From contig NW_020845425.1 of the NCBI RefSeq assembly GCF_003704095.1, positions 1 through 64,000 of the forward strand: a stretch of DNA of 64,000 bases, read 5' to 3'. The first letter of the stretch is position 1. Each line of letters begins with the position of its first letter. Under the pieces are notes generated by a model that saw nothing but the letters and a program-made list of their open reading frames with translations, searched no databases and was not told the DNA's origin. Made by a program: the position numbers and the translations under genes. Shown here piece by piece: positions 23,682 through 38,307 of this stretch. Source of the stretch: Pocillopora damicornis. Lineage: Eukaryota.

Positions 23682-26564
23682 TTGTGATCGTTTGTCCGCA
23701 CATAAGGTTTTAAACCCACTTTGACGAGATTCTTTGCCCACAAAGAATTAAACACAAACGCTAATCTTTTCACACACCACTAAGATATTTCAGGTTAAAT
23801 TACTTCAACAACACCACAACAATGGAGACGGAAAACAATTAAGTTTGTTTAAGAATAGAGGCACAAGTCCAGGACATGAATAAATCACGTACTCACTGGA
23901 GCGTGACGTGCTTGTGAAGGTATGCTCTGTCGAGCAGAAACACCCTCAGGCATTTTGAATTAATGGCCCGATTATATTTTTCCCTATTGCAATATGATTA
24001 CATCGTCAAATGTCATGACCATAGAGTTGTCCGGGAGGGTTATACACGCCAAAAAAAAACAAAACAAAAAAAAGGCAATGAAAATTACTGATACCGAAAT
24101 ATGGCACTGACACAGATGATGAAAAAATACCATTGGTCATTCTGCCCTGTAACTTGCATGATATAGCTCAATTTTCAGCTTCTCTTTGCGTCTCGCCATT
24201 TGATTTTCTTTTTCTACAATTTTCTTTTCAATTCATGATAATTAATTTAGGCTTTACTCAAAAATAGCGAGGCGTGTACCAATTTGCGTCGATCTATATG
24301 GTGTTTGTTTGTTACGCTAAAGACATAACGTTTCACGCGTTTATCGTTATCATTTGTGAAACCGTTAGCAAACATTCAGCGATGATGCGTGCGTGTTTTT
24401 TTTTTCGCGCTGTATAGCGTGACTGACCTAATTCCCTTTTATCTCGTGGTCATACCACACACTGTGGCTTAATGATGGAAAGTAAATATTATGTTTTAAT
24501 GTGCGCAGTTAGCGTAAATTGCACGTAGCTAGGTAAACTACCTTTAATTGAAATATGCAAAAATTCCCATTGACCGAGTAATGTCGTATAGAAAGAACTG
24601 GAAAAAGCACTCGATTGTTTAAATCTTGTTCACAGTTCTTAACTGCACCTATCAGGAAGTCGCTCTATTCATTTATAACCTTTTGAAAGTTTCACAATTT
24701 CGGCAAAAATTATGAGAAGCTGAACATTTAGAAATAACAGTGATAAGTATCATATTGATTGTTGATAAAAACCACAAGACTTAATAATCTGGAAATCTGA
24801 CCAAATCCGTGGTTTTAAGTAAAAAGAACTGATTAACTGATAAGGTGCTCTTTTCGAAGTCGTGGCTCTTATTACTGATGAGTGTGCGTTGATTGTCATA
24901 TCAACAGTTTCTAGACATTGCTGTTTATTTGCCCCCTTACAAACTCAGAGAGGAAGGCTCCTTGCCTCGTCTTCAGGCAGAGTTTGTTCACGAACAATTT
25001 TGAATCACTCTAGAGATTTTTTCAGTCATCCAAGCAAAGAAAGTTGTGTCAATTGCATGTTCATGCTTGATTTGTCGTGTAACGCATTGTGAAGAAATGA
25101 GCTCAATTTAAAACATTTTTACTTTAAGTGAAAGTAATCATCCGTTGAATGCATTCGGGATAAAATTTCATCCTCCAGAAATAAATCGCTGGGAGACATC
25201 AACCAATGTTAGCTCTGCTTTTCTGCACGCAATATCAAGAGACAATTATAGAACGTTATTTCTTCTTGTGCAATGTTGCACATAATGCAAAATTCCAGCC
25301 CCATGGCGTGCTAAAAGTAATAAGTTGATCAATTAAATCAAAATCCCGCGATTTACTCATTCCCTTCTCTACCCCTCCCCCCCAAGGTCCGACTTTCACG
25401 GGCTGCCCCGGCGGGGTATTAAAAAAAACAATTACACAATCCGTGCGATGGTTACGACGAAAAATCACTGAACCCGAGAACTATGGGTCTTACTGAAGTA
25501 GAACATAACAAAATTGAACTCGTGAACCGTCAGATTTCATCACGGATACGAAGTTTTACTAAAATGAAGCGTTCGTTTTAAGTTTCCTGGTTACGCTGTT
25601 CTAGTGAGCTCGAAGAGGAATTCTTCAGCTTTCATGAGAATTTGAAAACATTCAGTCTCTTCGTAGAGTCTTTACATGTAGCGAAAGCTTCGTTTTACCT
25701 TAATTACACCATAGAATCATTTTGGTTGTTTAGTGATAAAAAAAAAGAATTAGATTAGTAACAGTATTAAATATCTTGCGAATTGCTTTTTAATTTGCCA
25801 AATAAATCAATTTCAAACGTGACCTCGTGTTGTTCTGGAATAATTGTGTTCGTAAACAGTAATTATCTCACAGTTATTGCTTGTAACTTCAAGGGAGGTC
25901 TTTGATAAATCAGACTACCTAACGAGATCGCGAAAACAATCAGTGATGAAAATCGAAACAAACGGCTATTAATCGTTCCGTTTAAGTGAATCCGCTCGAG
26001 AATGAAAGAAAAACCCGAGCGCTCATGCCACAAAATCCATTTGAGTAATGTGGAAACTTCACATCAAGATTTTTGTCACAGCTAAGTTATTTGCAGCTGA
26101 ACGATATCAAATAGATTGGAGGCCACTTTTTAAGTGAATAGAAAGCAAAATTTAACTGCATCTGAAAACCTCGTCGGTCCACCTCTCCAAGGAAAGAAAA
26201 TGACCGCATTTTCGGCTCTCAAGGAGTTTTGTGATACTCTCCATCTAAGAAATCTCGTCTTGAAGCCTTGGAAAGCCAGTTATAAGCCAAACCTCACCTC
26301 TCCCTCCACCCCTCACCCACAACCACCACTACCAGGGTGCGGTATCATTTTGTAGCTCCACCACACAGAACTCGCTTCTCCAGGTAACACTGTTTTGCTG
26401 AAGTTTAGTTTATAAACGATAGTATGATACTGCTTTCCAGTCTATAGTCTTCAATCAATAGCCCTATCTTACTTGCTTAAGAGAGTACTGGGAAGTACTG
26501 GGACGAGGTAAGCTTGAAGCGAGGCTGCCGAGTTGACGGAAATTCAGCCGTGAGAAACTTTAGT

Positions 26565-27734
26565 GGAGGGTGGCAAAGGAGGGGTTCCAATCACACATCA
26601 CGCTGAATTTTCCTATTAAATCACAAATCACGGAGAATTTTTTTAAAACAATCACACGACACGTAAAAAGTTTGGGCCACTCATAGCTGCAAGAGTCTTG
26701 CGTACGAATTGAGTAGACATCAGTCTACGCCTCCTTTTCTATTTTTTATACACCGGCAATAGTTATGGAAAAGCTTTGCCCAATACCCTTCTGTACGGCA
26801 ACTGTCTTTATTTCAGTAAAGGATATAACGTGGCTTTTGAATTCGTTTAGGTCTTTCCGACGACCTTGGAAAAATTTGCGTACCACTAACTGGTACACAA
26901 AATTTTTTCTTGTGTACTGGGTCATTGCTCAAATTAACATCTCCTCAGGCGGCATAAAATGGCACCAAAACTCTAACGTCTTTTATCGTTTCAGCCGTTG
27001 GGTCGTTTGGGTCGACATTATTTGAAATCTTTCATTCGATGGATTCGGACACTTTCTGGTCTTTCTGTATACGATTTGACGCACTACCACAAAAATAACA
27101 CTGAAGGTCATAGTCCTTGAGCAAATGTTAACAGTATTAACTTACGTCTATTGTGTTGCGATTGTTTCGACCTATGACGAAGATCAAAGATATCAAAGGT
27201 CAAGAAAAGGTCAACAAAGGATGGAAAGATCCAGGCCTGGAAAAGATCAGAAAACAGTGTCACGCCTGCAGTGCAGACGTCCTATTGGTGCGAGCTAACG
27301 TTATACGCTGGCCATCGTTTAACTAACCGGCCATGTTTGATTTGGAGTTAGAGTGGACGTTGGCGCCAATTTATTTCTCTCCCCAGCCTTTCGCAGTCAT
27401 TAAAATCAAAGATGGCAGCCATGAAGTTACTAAGCACTCGCTCGCTGAGATGACGCCCGCTCTGCAGGCTGCGGCTGCCACGTTTATTGATTTTCGCTAA
27501 GACTCTATTACTTTGAATGATTGGTAATTTTCTAGGTCAAAGAGCGTTCACTTATCACGGAAATCTAATCAGGAAGCCCTGTAGATCACGCGTCACGCGA
27601 TTGTAAAATAGAAAATCACGCACCACGTTGTGATCTCCTGTCCAGCGTCACGCGGATAATTTGGGTTCAATCACGTGTTATCCTGCAAAGTTTAGTGCCA
27701 CCACGTGCCACGCAAAAACCCTCTGCCACACTCT
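26565..27734. mobile_element. Probable non-autonomous DNA transposon (~1.17 kb) with TCACG subterminal repeats
   Basis: GAGGGTGGCAAAGG at 26566 versus CCTCTGCCACACTC ending 27733 (2 mismatches in 14); clusters of ATCAC(G/A) near both ends; imperfect flanks TAGT/GAGT. Confidence 0.6.
27264..27469. mobile_element. Nested MITE
   Basis: Inverted ends GCCTGCAGTGCAGACGTC ... GACGCCCGCTCTGCAGGC. Confidence 0.6.
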
Positions 27735-27769
27735 GAGTGAGTATTTGTATCAGTGTTCTTTGTAAAATT

Positions 27770-30137
<2,368 letters not shown>

Positions 30138-30720
30138 NNNNNNNNNNNNNNNNNNNNNNNNNNNNNNNNNNNNNNNNNNNNNNNNNNNNNNNNNNNNNNN
30201 NNNNNNNNNNNNNNNNNNNNNNNNNNNNNNNNNNNNNAAAAAGCAAGAAAAAAAATAAAAGTTTGAAAAGTAAAATCTGCACATTTCCTTCTTGTTGTAG
30301 GCAAAAAGTGAGTCATAATGTTGTAAAAATCTCCTTGAATAATTAAAAAGAGATTCCAAAATTTTTCTGAATTGGAAGCAAAGTGACTTTATCCCTTCTC
30401 ACATGTAATTCAGTTATTAATAATAATTAAGATGAACCTTCACCATACAATTTTATTTTTTCATGTACTTTTTTTTTAATCTGAAAAAGACTCCATAGAA
30501 TACCTTACAATAAAAAAAATTTGTCACGGTTCTCTTATATTCAATTTAGTTTTAAAACTGATTACAATTTGTTTCATAAAATCATTTTGACCTTAAGAGA
30601 TTGGAATCCACTGTGGTTACCTTAAAGAATATTAGAAATAAAAAAAATGTTTGTGGTGTTATGAGGTATAGCTTCCCTTTGCTTCCTTTCTCACCAGGGT
30701 CACCTTTTTGTCAATCCACC

Positions 30721-33505
30721 CTAAACTGCTTCCACTTGTCCTCTTTCTCCTTTCTGACCAGGTTCACCTTTCGGTCCTGGAGGTCCATCTTCTCCAGGTG
30801 CGCCTCTCATTCCAGGTAGCCCTCGGAGTCCCTCTAATCCAGGATCACCAGGTGCTCCGTCTCGTCCAGGCATTCCAGGCTCACCTTTAATACCAACACA
30901 AGAGGTACCTCCTGTGCATGATCCATTGTCTCCTTTTTGTCCATGTTCACCTTTTCTTCCTGGTTGCCCTGTTTCACCTTTTTGGCCATCAAATCCTGGG
31001 ATCCCTGCATTACCTTTAAAGCCAGGGGATCCAGGGAGACCAGGATCACCTGTCAGTCCTGTGAACCCAAAATTACCTTTAAGGCCCTTAATTCCTGGGT
31101 AGCCATGTTCTCCTTTGTAGCCGCGGGGTCCTGTGATTCCAGGTTCTCCTTTTGGTCCTGGCATTCCAGGGTCACCTTTGATCCCTCTGCACCTGGCACC
31201 TCTGGTGCACACTCCGTTGTCTCCTTTCCGTCCAGTTTCACCTTTTTCTCCTGGCAGCCCAGGGTATCCATCATTACCTTTGAAGCCCTGTGGTCCTACA
31301 ATTCCAGGTTGGCCTTCAGGTCCTGGATTTCCAGGTTCACCTTTGAACCCTTTGCATGCAGCCCCTCTTTTACATGCACCATTCTCACCCCTGTCACCTT
31401 TGGGTCCTGGCAGCCCAGCATTACCTTTCGGACCGTCAAACCCATCGAGTCCTCGTTCACCTTTATATCCACGGGGTCCCTCAGGACCAGGTTCGCCTTT
31501 TGGTCCAGGCATTGGAGGGTAACCATTACACGAGGCCATACCTCTGCATGTACCACGTTCGCCCTTGTTTCCTTTCTCTCCTCTCAGGCCTGGTTCACCT
31601 GGGCGACCTTGCTGGCCATTCAACCCATATGGTCCTGGTAAACCCTGAGTACCTTTCATTCCTGGATAACCTATGTCACCCTTGTCCCCCTTGTTCCCAG
31701 CGTTTCCTGTGTAAGATTAAAAATCCTTTTAGTCTGCATGAACTCAGTTTACAATGAAAGAATTCATGTATGAAATAATGAAAAGAACTCGAAGTAAAAC
31801 TGTCCTCATGCAGAAGGAGGCAAAGGTTTAAAAGTCTGTCATGTCTTAAACATGGAAGTATGAATTAATTACCACGTTACCAAACTTACCTTTTTTTCCA
31901 CGTCGTCCCCTGAATCCCATGTCACCTTTTGGACCGCTGGGGCCTGGTACACATATTTTCTCTTGAGGTGAGCACAGCTGCGATGCTGTTAGCGATTTGA
32001 GTCGCACTTTAATTTCTCTACGAACATCGTCCAAGGAAACAAAGTTAGAGATGGGTGAATCTCGACGATTTCTTTGACCGGAGGCACCAGCTGTTAAGAT
32101 GTGTGTAAGAAATGAAACGGATTAGACAGGAGTAACTGTCCAATTTTACCCTCAGGCTCTGAATTTTTACCCTTGGTAACATTTGAAGGGGGGGGGAGTG
32201 GAGGTTCATGTTTTTAACGGGATAACTGTTTGTAAATTCTTCTGACTAGTGAAAATATGGAATTAAAACCCCGTGAACTGTGAATTTTTGTTTTTCGCTT
32301 TAAGCCTTATATTCGTTTATCCGATTTTTCGTGATGCGTCAGTTCTACTTTTTGATGTCCGTGAAACGTGCGTAGGACCCAACCCCCCCTTCTATACCCC
32401 TACCCCCCACCAGATACTTCGCTGAATGGCATCGATTAACAGCTTGTCCTGATAGTTACTTCTGATAAATTTCTGGGTACTTTTAAGACATTTGAAAATA
32501 ATCGCCACAGATGAGAATTCTGCTCTGCACAGCGGGTCGCTTCTTCTTAGATTTCTACCGGAAACGTCAAAACAGTGAACTTTTTCCTCTTCCGAGAATA
32601 AAAAAAACAAATACCTGAACGATTCACGCAAAAATCCGGTCAAAAACGAACTTTTTTACTGGTGAATGGCAGGCAAAAAAAAGGAGGCGTGAGGGCATCC
32701 TTCTTCCTCCTAGACCTAGCACTATTGAGTGGTGACTAAGTGAAGGGGGCTGTATACGTAATCGTTAGTTTTAACCAGGCGATCACTAAATCGAGCTTTC
32801 CCCGACAGAATATTTAGGAAGAGGCCAAGAGAAAAATGTTTTTGAAGCTATACGCTTTGTTCAACTGTTCAAGATCTATAATAGTGTCAAAACTAATTGC
32901 CCCGTTTGCGGCTTTTCCTATTCAAGTCATATAAGGGATTAGAATTAAAATCTATTTTATAAAGAGAAAGTGGTTTACATCACCAAATTAGTAAGTTCAC
33001 AGGACTTGTTAAGTAACAGTATTTTAATAGATGGCAAGGGAGCTTCCAGAAACCGCGGGGCTTATACAGGAAGGCCCTTACCGAAAGAGAACAAAAAAAC
33101 AAAAAAAACAGATTACGTCATTACAAGCAATACGCATTCATTGTGAAAATTCCCATAGCCAAACCAAGAATCTTAATAGTCAGTTTATCTATTGATTTAG
33201 TAAAAACCTCGAAGACGTCCTGTAAAACATGCAAGAGTTTGAGAATGCCTAATATCACTGGGTAAGAGATTTCAATTTTTTTGAGACCGAACGAAGTTTT
33301 TACCTTGATCATGGCCGTCCTTGTCGACTTCACTCAATCGAGTGACATCAGCCTCTAGTTCTCTTACTCTTTCCCTCAACAACTCCAAACAGACGGAAAA
33401 TCCAACGCAAATCCCAAGCACCACCACAAAAATCATTACTTTTTGGGATAGTCTCGACGAGCGTCGGCTTTCTCTTCCATCTTTAGCCTCAACAGCAGTT
33501 CCCAT
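30721..33505 (-). CDS. Type II transmembrane collagen with coiled coil, RNRR furin site and CX5C-interrupted triple helix
   Basis: Exons 33505-33304 (basic tail, VMIFVVVLGICVGFSVCL transmembrane segment, coiled coil), 32090-31890 (RNRR, CSPQEKIC, start of Gly-X-Y) and 31706-30721 (long Gly-X-Y), all phase 1 GT-AG. A small extra exon near 32590 is possible. Confidence 0.88.
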
Positions 33506-33564
33506 TTTTTGGGTAGAGCCAAAACGACTTACGTCTGCTCACCCAATCAACGGTGCACAGTGTG

Positions 33565-33573
33565 TTTTATATA
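33565..33573 (-). promoter_or_regulatory. Candidate TATA box of the collagen gene
   Basis: TATATAAAA on the minus strand, 60 nt upstream of ATG 33505. Confidence 0.4.
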
Positions 33574-35199
33574 GAACTGGGGAGTCCGAGTGGGCGATCA
33601 AGAAAGCAATTGATTGATCGAAGCTTATTTGACTGACAGTCTTTGGTACAGACAAACGTCCTTCCGTTCTTGGGTGTTTCTTGTCTTTATTTTCTTTATT
33701 AGAATTCCGTTACATCACGTTCTGTTCAATTAAACAAGTTAACTATAGCATCTGTGCCTGTCTCATGATACCAATGATGAAAGCTCCAAAGATAAAAACC
33801 AAATGCTTCTTCCTCCTCGCCAGTGACAAGTTGTCTACTTATCGACTGTTATTCTTTAGAAACGTGGTTATCAAATCTGTTATTCTGCTCTGAAAACCGA
33901 TATCTCTGCTTCCCGCCTTTACACACCTACGCTTGGATAGTACGTGACATAAACCGAGAAACAAATAATTACACGATATTTTAAGGTTTTTTTTGTTTGT
34001 TTGTTTGTTTGTTACGATGTGAAAAACTAACCTTTACTCCAAATAAACTGCGAAATACACAAAAGCTCGAAGGAGGAAACCTATAGGAAATAAACAATGA
34101 CAGCTAAGGATGGATATTAGCTCGGATTGATAATGAAAACAAAGATTACATTGGTAAGATGGAAAAACTCGTAAGAGGAAATATTAGGCCAAATTGGACT
34201 GAAAAAGGATGGCAAAGATTAAAAAGGAGTCCAAATAAGATAACTACCCTGAAGGCTACATTTTCAGGACTACATTAGGCATTATTTTGGTTTTTTGCTT
34301 TCTCAAAAGCTAATGGTCCGTTCAATGCCAGTTGAAGGGAATTTTGAAGTGGATATGTTTGCACTATTGATGTATCATAAATGGTTGGAGGCTTATTCTT
34401 GTATAAATTAAGGGAGATCCAAGCGATTCCTCACTCAAAAAATTTTGAAAATGTAGATACACTATCATGTCATTTAGCGAATTATGAGAGATTTTTTTGA
34501 AGCTGTTTGACGTCACCTTATCAGGAGGTCTTGAGGTCAAATTTTGAAGGGATGGGCTAAGGTCCAGCCTTGATATGATCTAGTGTTTTCATTGCGTAGT
34601 CCAGTTTTCGATCGATCAGTTACCGTCTCGGGCCATCTAATTAAGCAACATAACCTGGGACACCTTGCTGTTTAGTCACGATGTCCGTTGTTTCTTATTC
34701 AGCCAAATTGGGAAGATATAACAAACCCTAATTCTATTATTGGACTATCATGTTTCAACATAATTGATAACGAGTAAAAAGTTAATTATATATATATTTA
34801 TATTTTGCTGTTATTGTTGTTGTTGTTGTTTATTTGCCAATCATAGTATATGTCATCACGTTGTTTACAATTCTAACATAACCAGGCCAGAAGAACTTCA
34901 GCGAGCTCATTAGAGCTTTAAAAAAATCTCCCCTAGTTAGAGTATAATTTAACATTCATATGACATTATGCGTCCAGATTGTTACAGTAATGTTAAAAGA
35001 GGAAAGCATACAAAATAAGCCAAACATCGAGATTCCACATATCATTGATACAACTGCGTAATAAGAATGTCTGACATACGAACAAATGTGCTAAAACATA
35101 TTTCCCTTGAGATAGTCATCATTCTTTAGAAGAGTTCCTAATCCGTCTCCGACTACGTAGATCAATTTCATGATATAATTGAAACGTTAAGAGGGATTA

Positions 35200-35330
35200 G
35201 TTGAAGCAACCTCGCTGAAGCGGAAGGCACCAAGAGTCACGTATCACAAACTGGCTTCTTGCTGTTGAAGCAACATCGCTGAAGCGGAAGACACCAAAGA
35301 TCTTACACCACAAAAGCTTCTTCTCGCTGC
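35200..35330. repeat. Diverged ~64-bp tandem duplication
   Basis: GTTGAAGCAAC(C/A)TCGCTGAAGCGGAAG(G/A)CACCAA at 35200 and 35264. Confidence 0.8.
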
Positions 35331-38307
35331 CACAAGGTCTACAGATTTTTTCTTTATCTCTCTCTCGTTCTACAATAAACAAAAAGCTATGTGTTTAGAT
35401 TCTCACTTGATTTGTTTTTAATTTCCAACCTCAACCATGTGATACACGAAATGAAGGACTGTGGGCTGAAAGTCAAAAGTAACCTCCGTGATCTGAAAAC
35501 ACTCACCGACATGAACCTTACGCTACTAAAAGGGGCCAAAAGTTTTAAACAAATCACTTGAAGTAGTGATAAGTGCAGATGCATGAAAAACGAGAAGGGA
35601 TAGCATCATTACTGAGTGGCGGAGGCACGCGGAATAAATTTCGGAACAAATATAAAGAGGCTGCGGTAAAATTATCCATTTCTGTGAGAATTGGATAAGG
35701 AAGAGTGCTGCAGCAGAATCTCGGGGAATAAATTGGAATTTCCGTGACAAGCGTCAAATGTGTTAAAAAAATAACTAATTCATAGGAAATAAGCCTTTTA
35801 TTCTGATAGTGCTTATAGAATTAACGGCCGGCAGACACTGTTGCTGGGACGGGATAGCCCAGTGACTTGCGGCGTTTATTATTTACTCGCGTATTTAAAA
35901 CTGACTTGTTTTGAGGGAAAATTATTTCATAGGATATAAGATTTTTACAACAATTCCCTCCATGCGACAATCAGATTTGTTGTATTTTTTTGTGAAGATA
36001 AGTGCACATTCACATGATCAGTATTGTTGAAATATCATGCATAGAGCCTGTCACAAAAGATCTGTTAGTATAATTTTCTAATATGTTGCTTACTACTTCG
36101 TCCAAGAAATAAAAATTCATTAAATGAATAGTAATCAGTCTTTTACAGTTTGGATTTCACTATTTTAAAATTAATGTCTTCCTTTTGCCCACAGATGTTT
36201 TTTCCCACATTTCGTGTTAATTGCATCAATCTCTCCCGTCTTTAAGATTGTTTTTCCCTCTGTTCGTGTTAATTTTCTTAACAGGGAAATTAACCTTAAG
36301 CTCGATTTACCTTGCTCACGCATTTCCTGTTTACGATCTTTGTGCGCGGGCTCATTTCCGAAACAGTGGCTGGTAATCGAGAATGGATTAGCATTTCCCC
36401 GAGTCTAATTTACAGCTACGACCAGCGTTAATTACCGTATGCCATTAGAATTTAAAAAGAACTCATTCGTTTGACCTCCGCGATTCTAGCTGCGCAGGTG
36501 TTGATTAATTCTAACTGCATTCCAGATTTCACTAGAAGGAACTTCACTATAACAAGAATTTGTCGCGAATTCTGCGCTGTTCAGTTAAATTTCATATTTG
36601 CACAAGTAAATGAGGCAAGCTAACGGAGTCTACCAAAAAGTAATAACGAGTGTAAAATAAGCCACGAGAAAATGGATGAAAAATATGAAAAAAGACGACA
36701 TCCTTCGTTCTGCGAAGTCAACCACTCATCGTGGGTTTAAACAGCAAATTTTACTTTGTTTGAAGCAAACTGACTCTTCCCTGTCTTTCAGTGGCTGTCA
36801 CGGTTCACATGAAATCTTAAAACGGAGAGTCGCTATCAGCCCATTACCCGGGGTCAAGAGAATATTAAAAGTTGATATTCTCTTGACCGAGGTAGGATCA
36901 TTTTATACCTAAATCCTACGTATGTGTTTGTGAGAAGTCTGGGTACGAGACTAAACATGGGTCGAATCGATCACACTCCCTGGAAAGCCCTTAAAGAATG
37001 TGCTGATGGACGAAACATTTGATGCTACAAGCATTACCCGTTTTTTTTTTTTTCTAAATCATGCTCAAAATCATGCTTGTGCGGTTGAAAATTATGCTAC
37101 TTTGTCTTTTAGTATTCTTAAAAATAATAATTCTTAGAGACCACGCAAGTCATGACTCTTGTAAATTTCCTTTTTAAAAAAATAGAAATTTTCAGATTAT
37201 GCTAGCAGCTATACTTTTGTAAAAAGTGTAAAAATTATGCTTGTTTTAAAAAAATCATGCTGGTGCAATAAATATGGGCCTACTCCCCGGAGGCAAATTT
37301 ACACATGAATTCGACTGGGGTATATATCTAACCGTCTTATTTCTCAAAAAAAATTGAAAAAAAGGGAAAGGGGCGTAACTAGAGAGCTCCTGGAGTGCTC
37401 CCAACCCCCTTCCACTTTGTGGGTTAATCTTTTCATGTGTCAGCAACCTGAGCTTGAAAATAATAATCTTAGAGAACAGGCAAATCATAAATCTGGTACT
37501 TTTCCTTTAAAAAAAAAAAAAAAGAAGGAAAATATGGTTAGTACGATAGCAGAGCTACTTTTATAAAAAGGGCAAAAATTATACTTATTAACCCATAATT
37601 GGCTCCTGTTTAACCAAATTATGCTAGCACAATCTATGAGGGCTACTATAAATTTACAGCCAAAATTTACCGACGACTCCAAGTAACTATCTCAAAGAAT
37701 TTACATCTAGAGATAAAACTGTCCGTTCTTTTCATTTTTTCTTTTTCGTCGCGACCAGTTTCATCCCGACTGGCGCTCATACACTATACTTGGTTTTTCG
37801 GAGTAAAATATCGCATAATATTGTCTCCTGATAATTTTCACACGCCCTTTTCCCCTTGCACCCTACCTCTACAAAAAATTGATATTATTTCGATATATTG
37901 TTTATGTTTTTGAGTGTTGAATGGATTTTGTTTCAAAGGTGTGAAAGGTCAATATTTTTTTACCAAATAAATTATCTCCTAAGCGGTACTTCATCAAAAC
38001 ATTTTTTCTGACACTTGTTGCATTTGTCAGGTATCGTATTTTCGCGCCTTTTCCGCGGATTGGACAACTTCCATATAAGGAAGGCGGAAAACCAATTGCC
38101 GTGTCACCCTCGTTCCCGGATGAAACGTGAATAAGTTATGAAAAGATATGGCGCCGCGTGTGAGTAGAAAACTAAGAGTGAAAATATTCTGTCAGTCTTA
38201 GAATGAATGAAAAACATTAAGCGGAAGGTTTAATTTATGGCGTCGTGAGGTTCCCAAATCTTCTTAACTGGAAGCCGATGGTGTGGTAATACTGCGATCA
38301 GTCCAGA

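Noticed and set aside
30708-31757. Plus-strand and alternative-frame ORFs over the collagen exon (also 3041-3403)
   Set aside because: Shadow ORFs produced by Gly-X-Y codon periodicity.
34860-35760. Ancient CR1/L2 reverse-transcriptase relic on the minus strand
   Set aside because: Only faint hints (RFMSVSVFRSRRLLLTF; a LINE-like end near 34880); no catalytic motif readable. Needs a translated profile search.
37030-37650. AATTATGCT-repeat region as a DNA transposon
   Set aside because: Subterminal-like repeats are visible but I could not pair termini or find a TSD.
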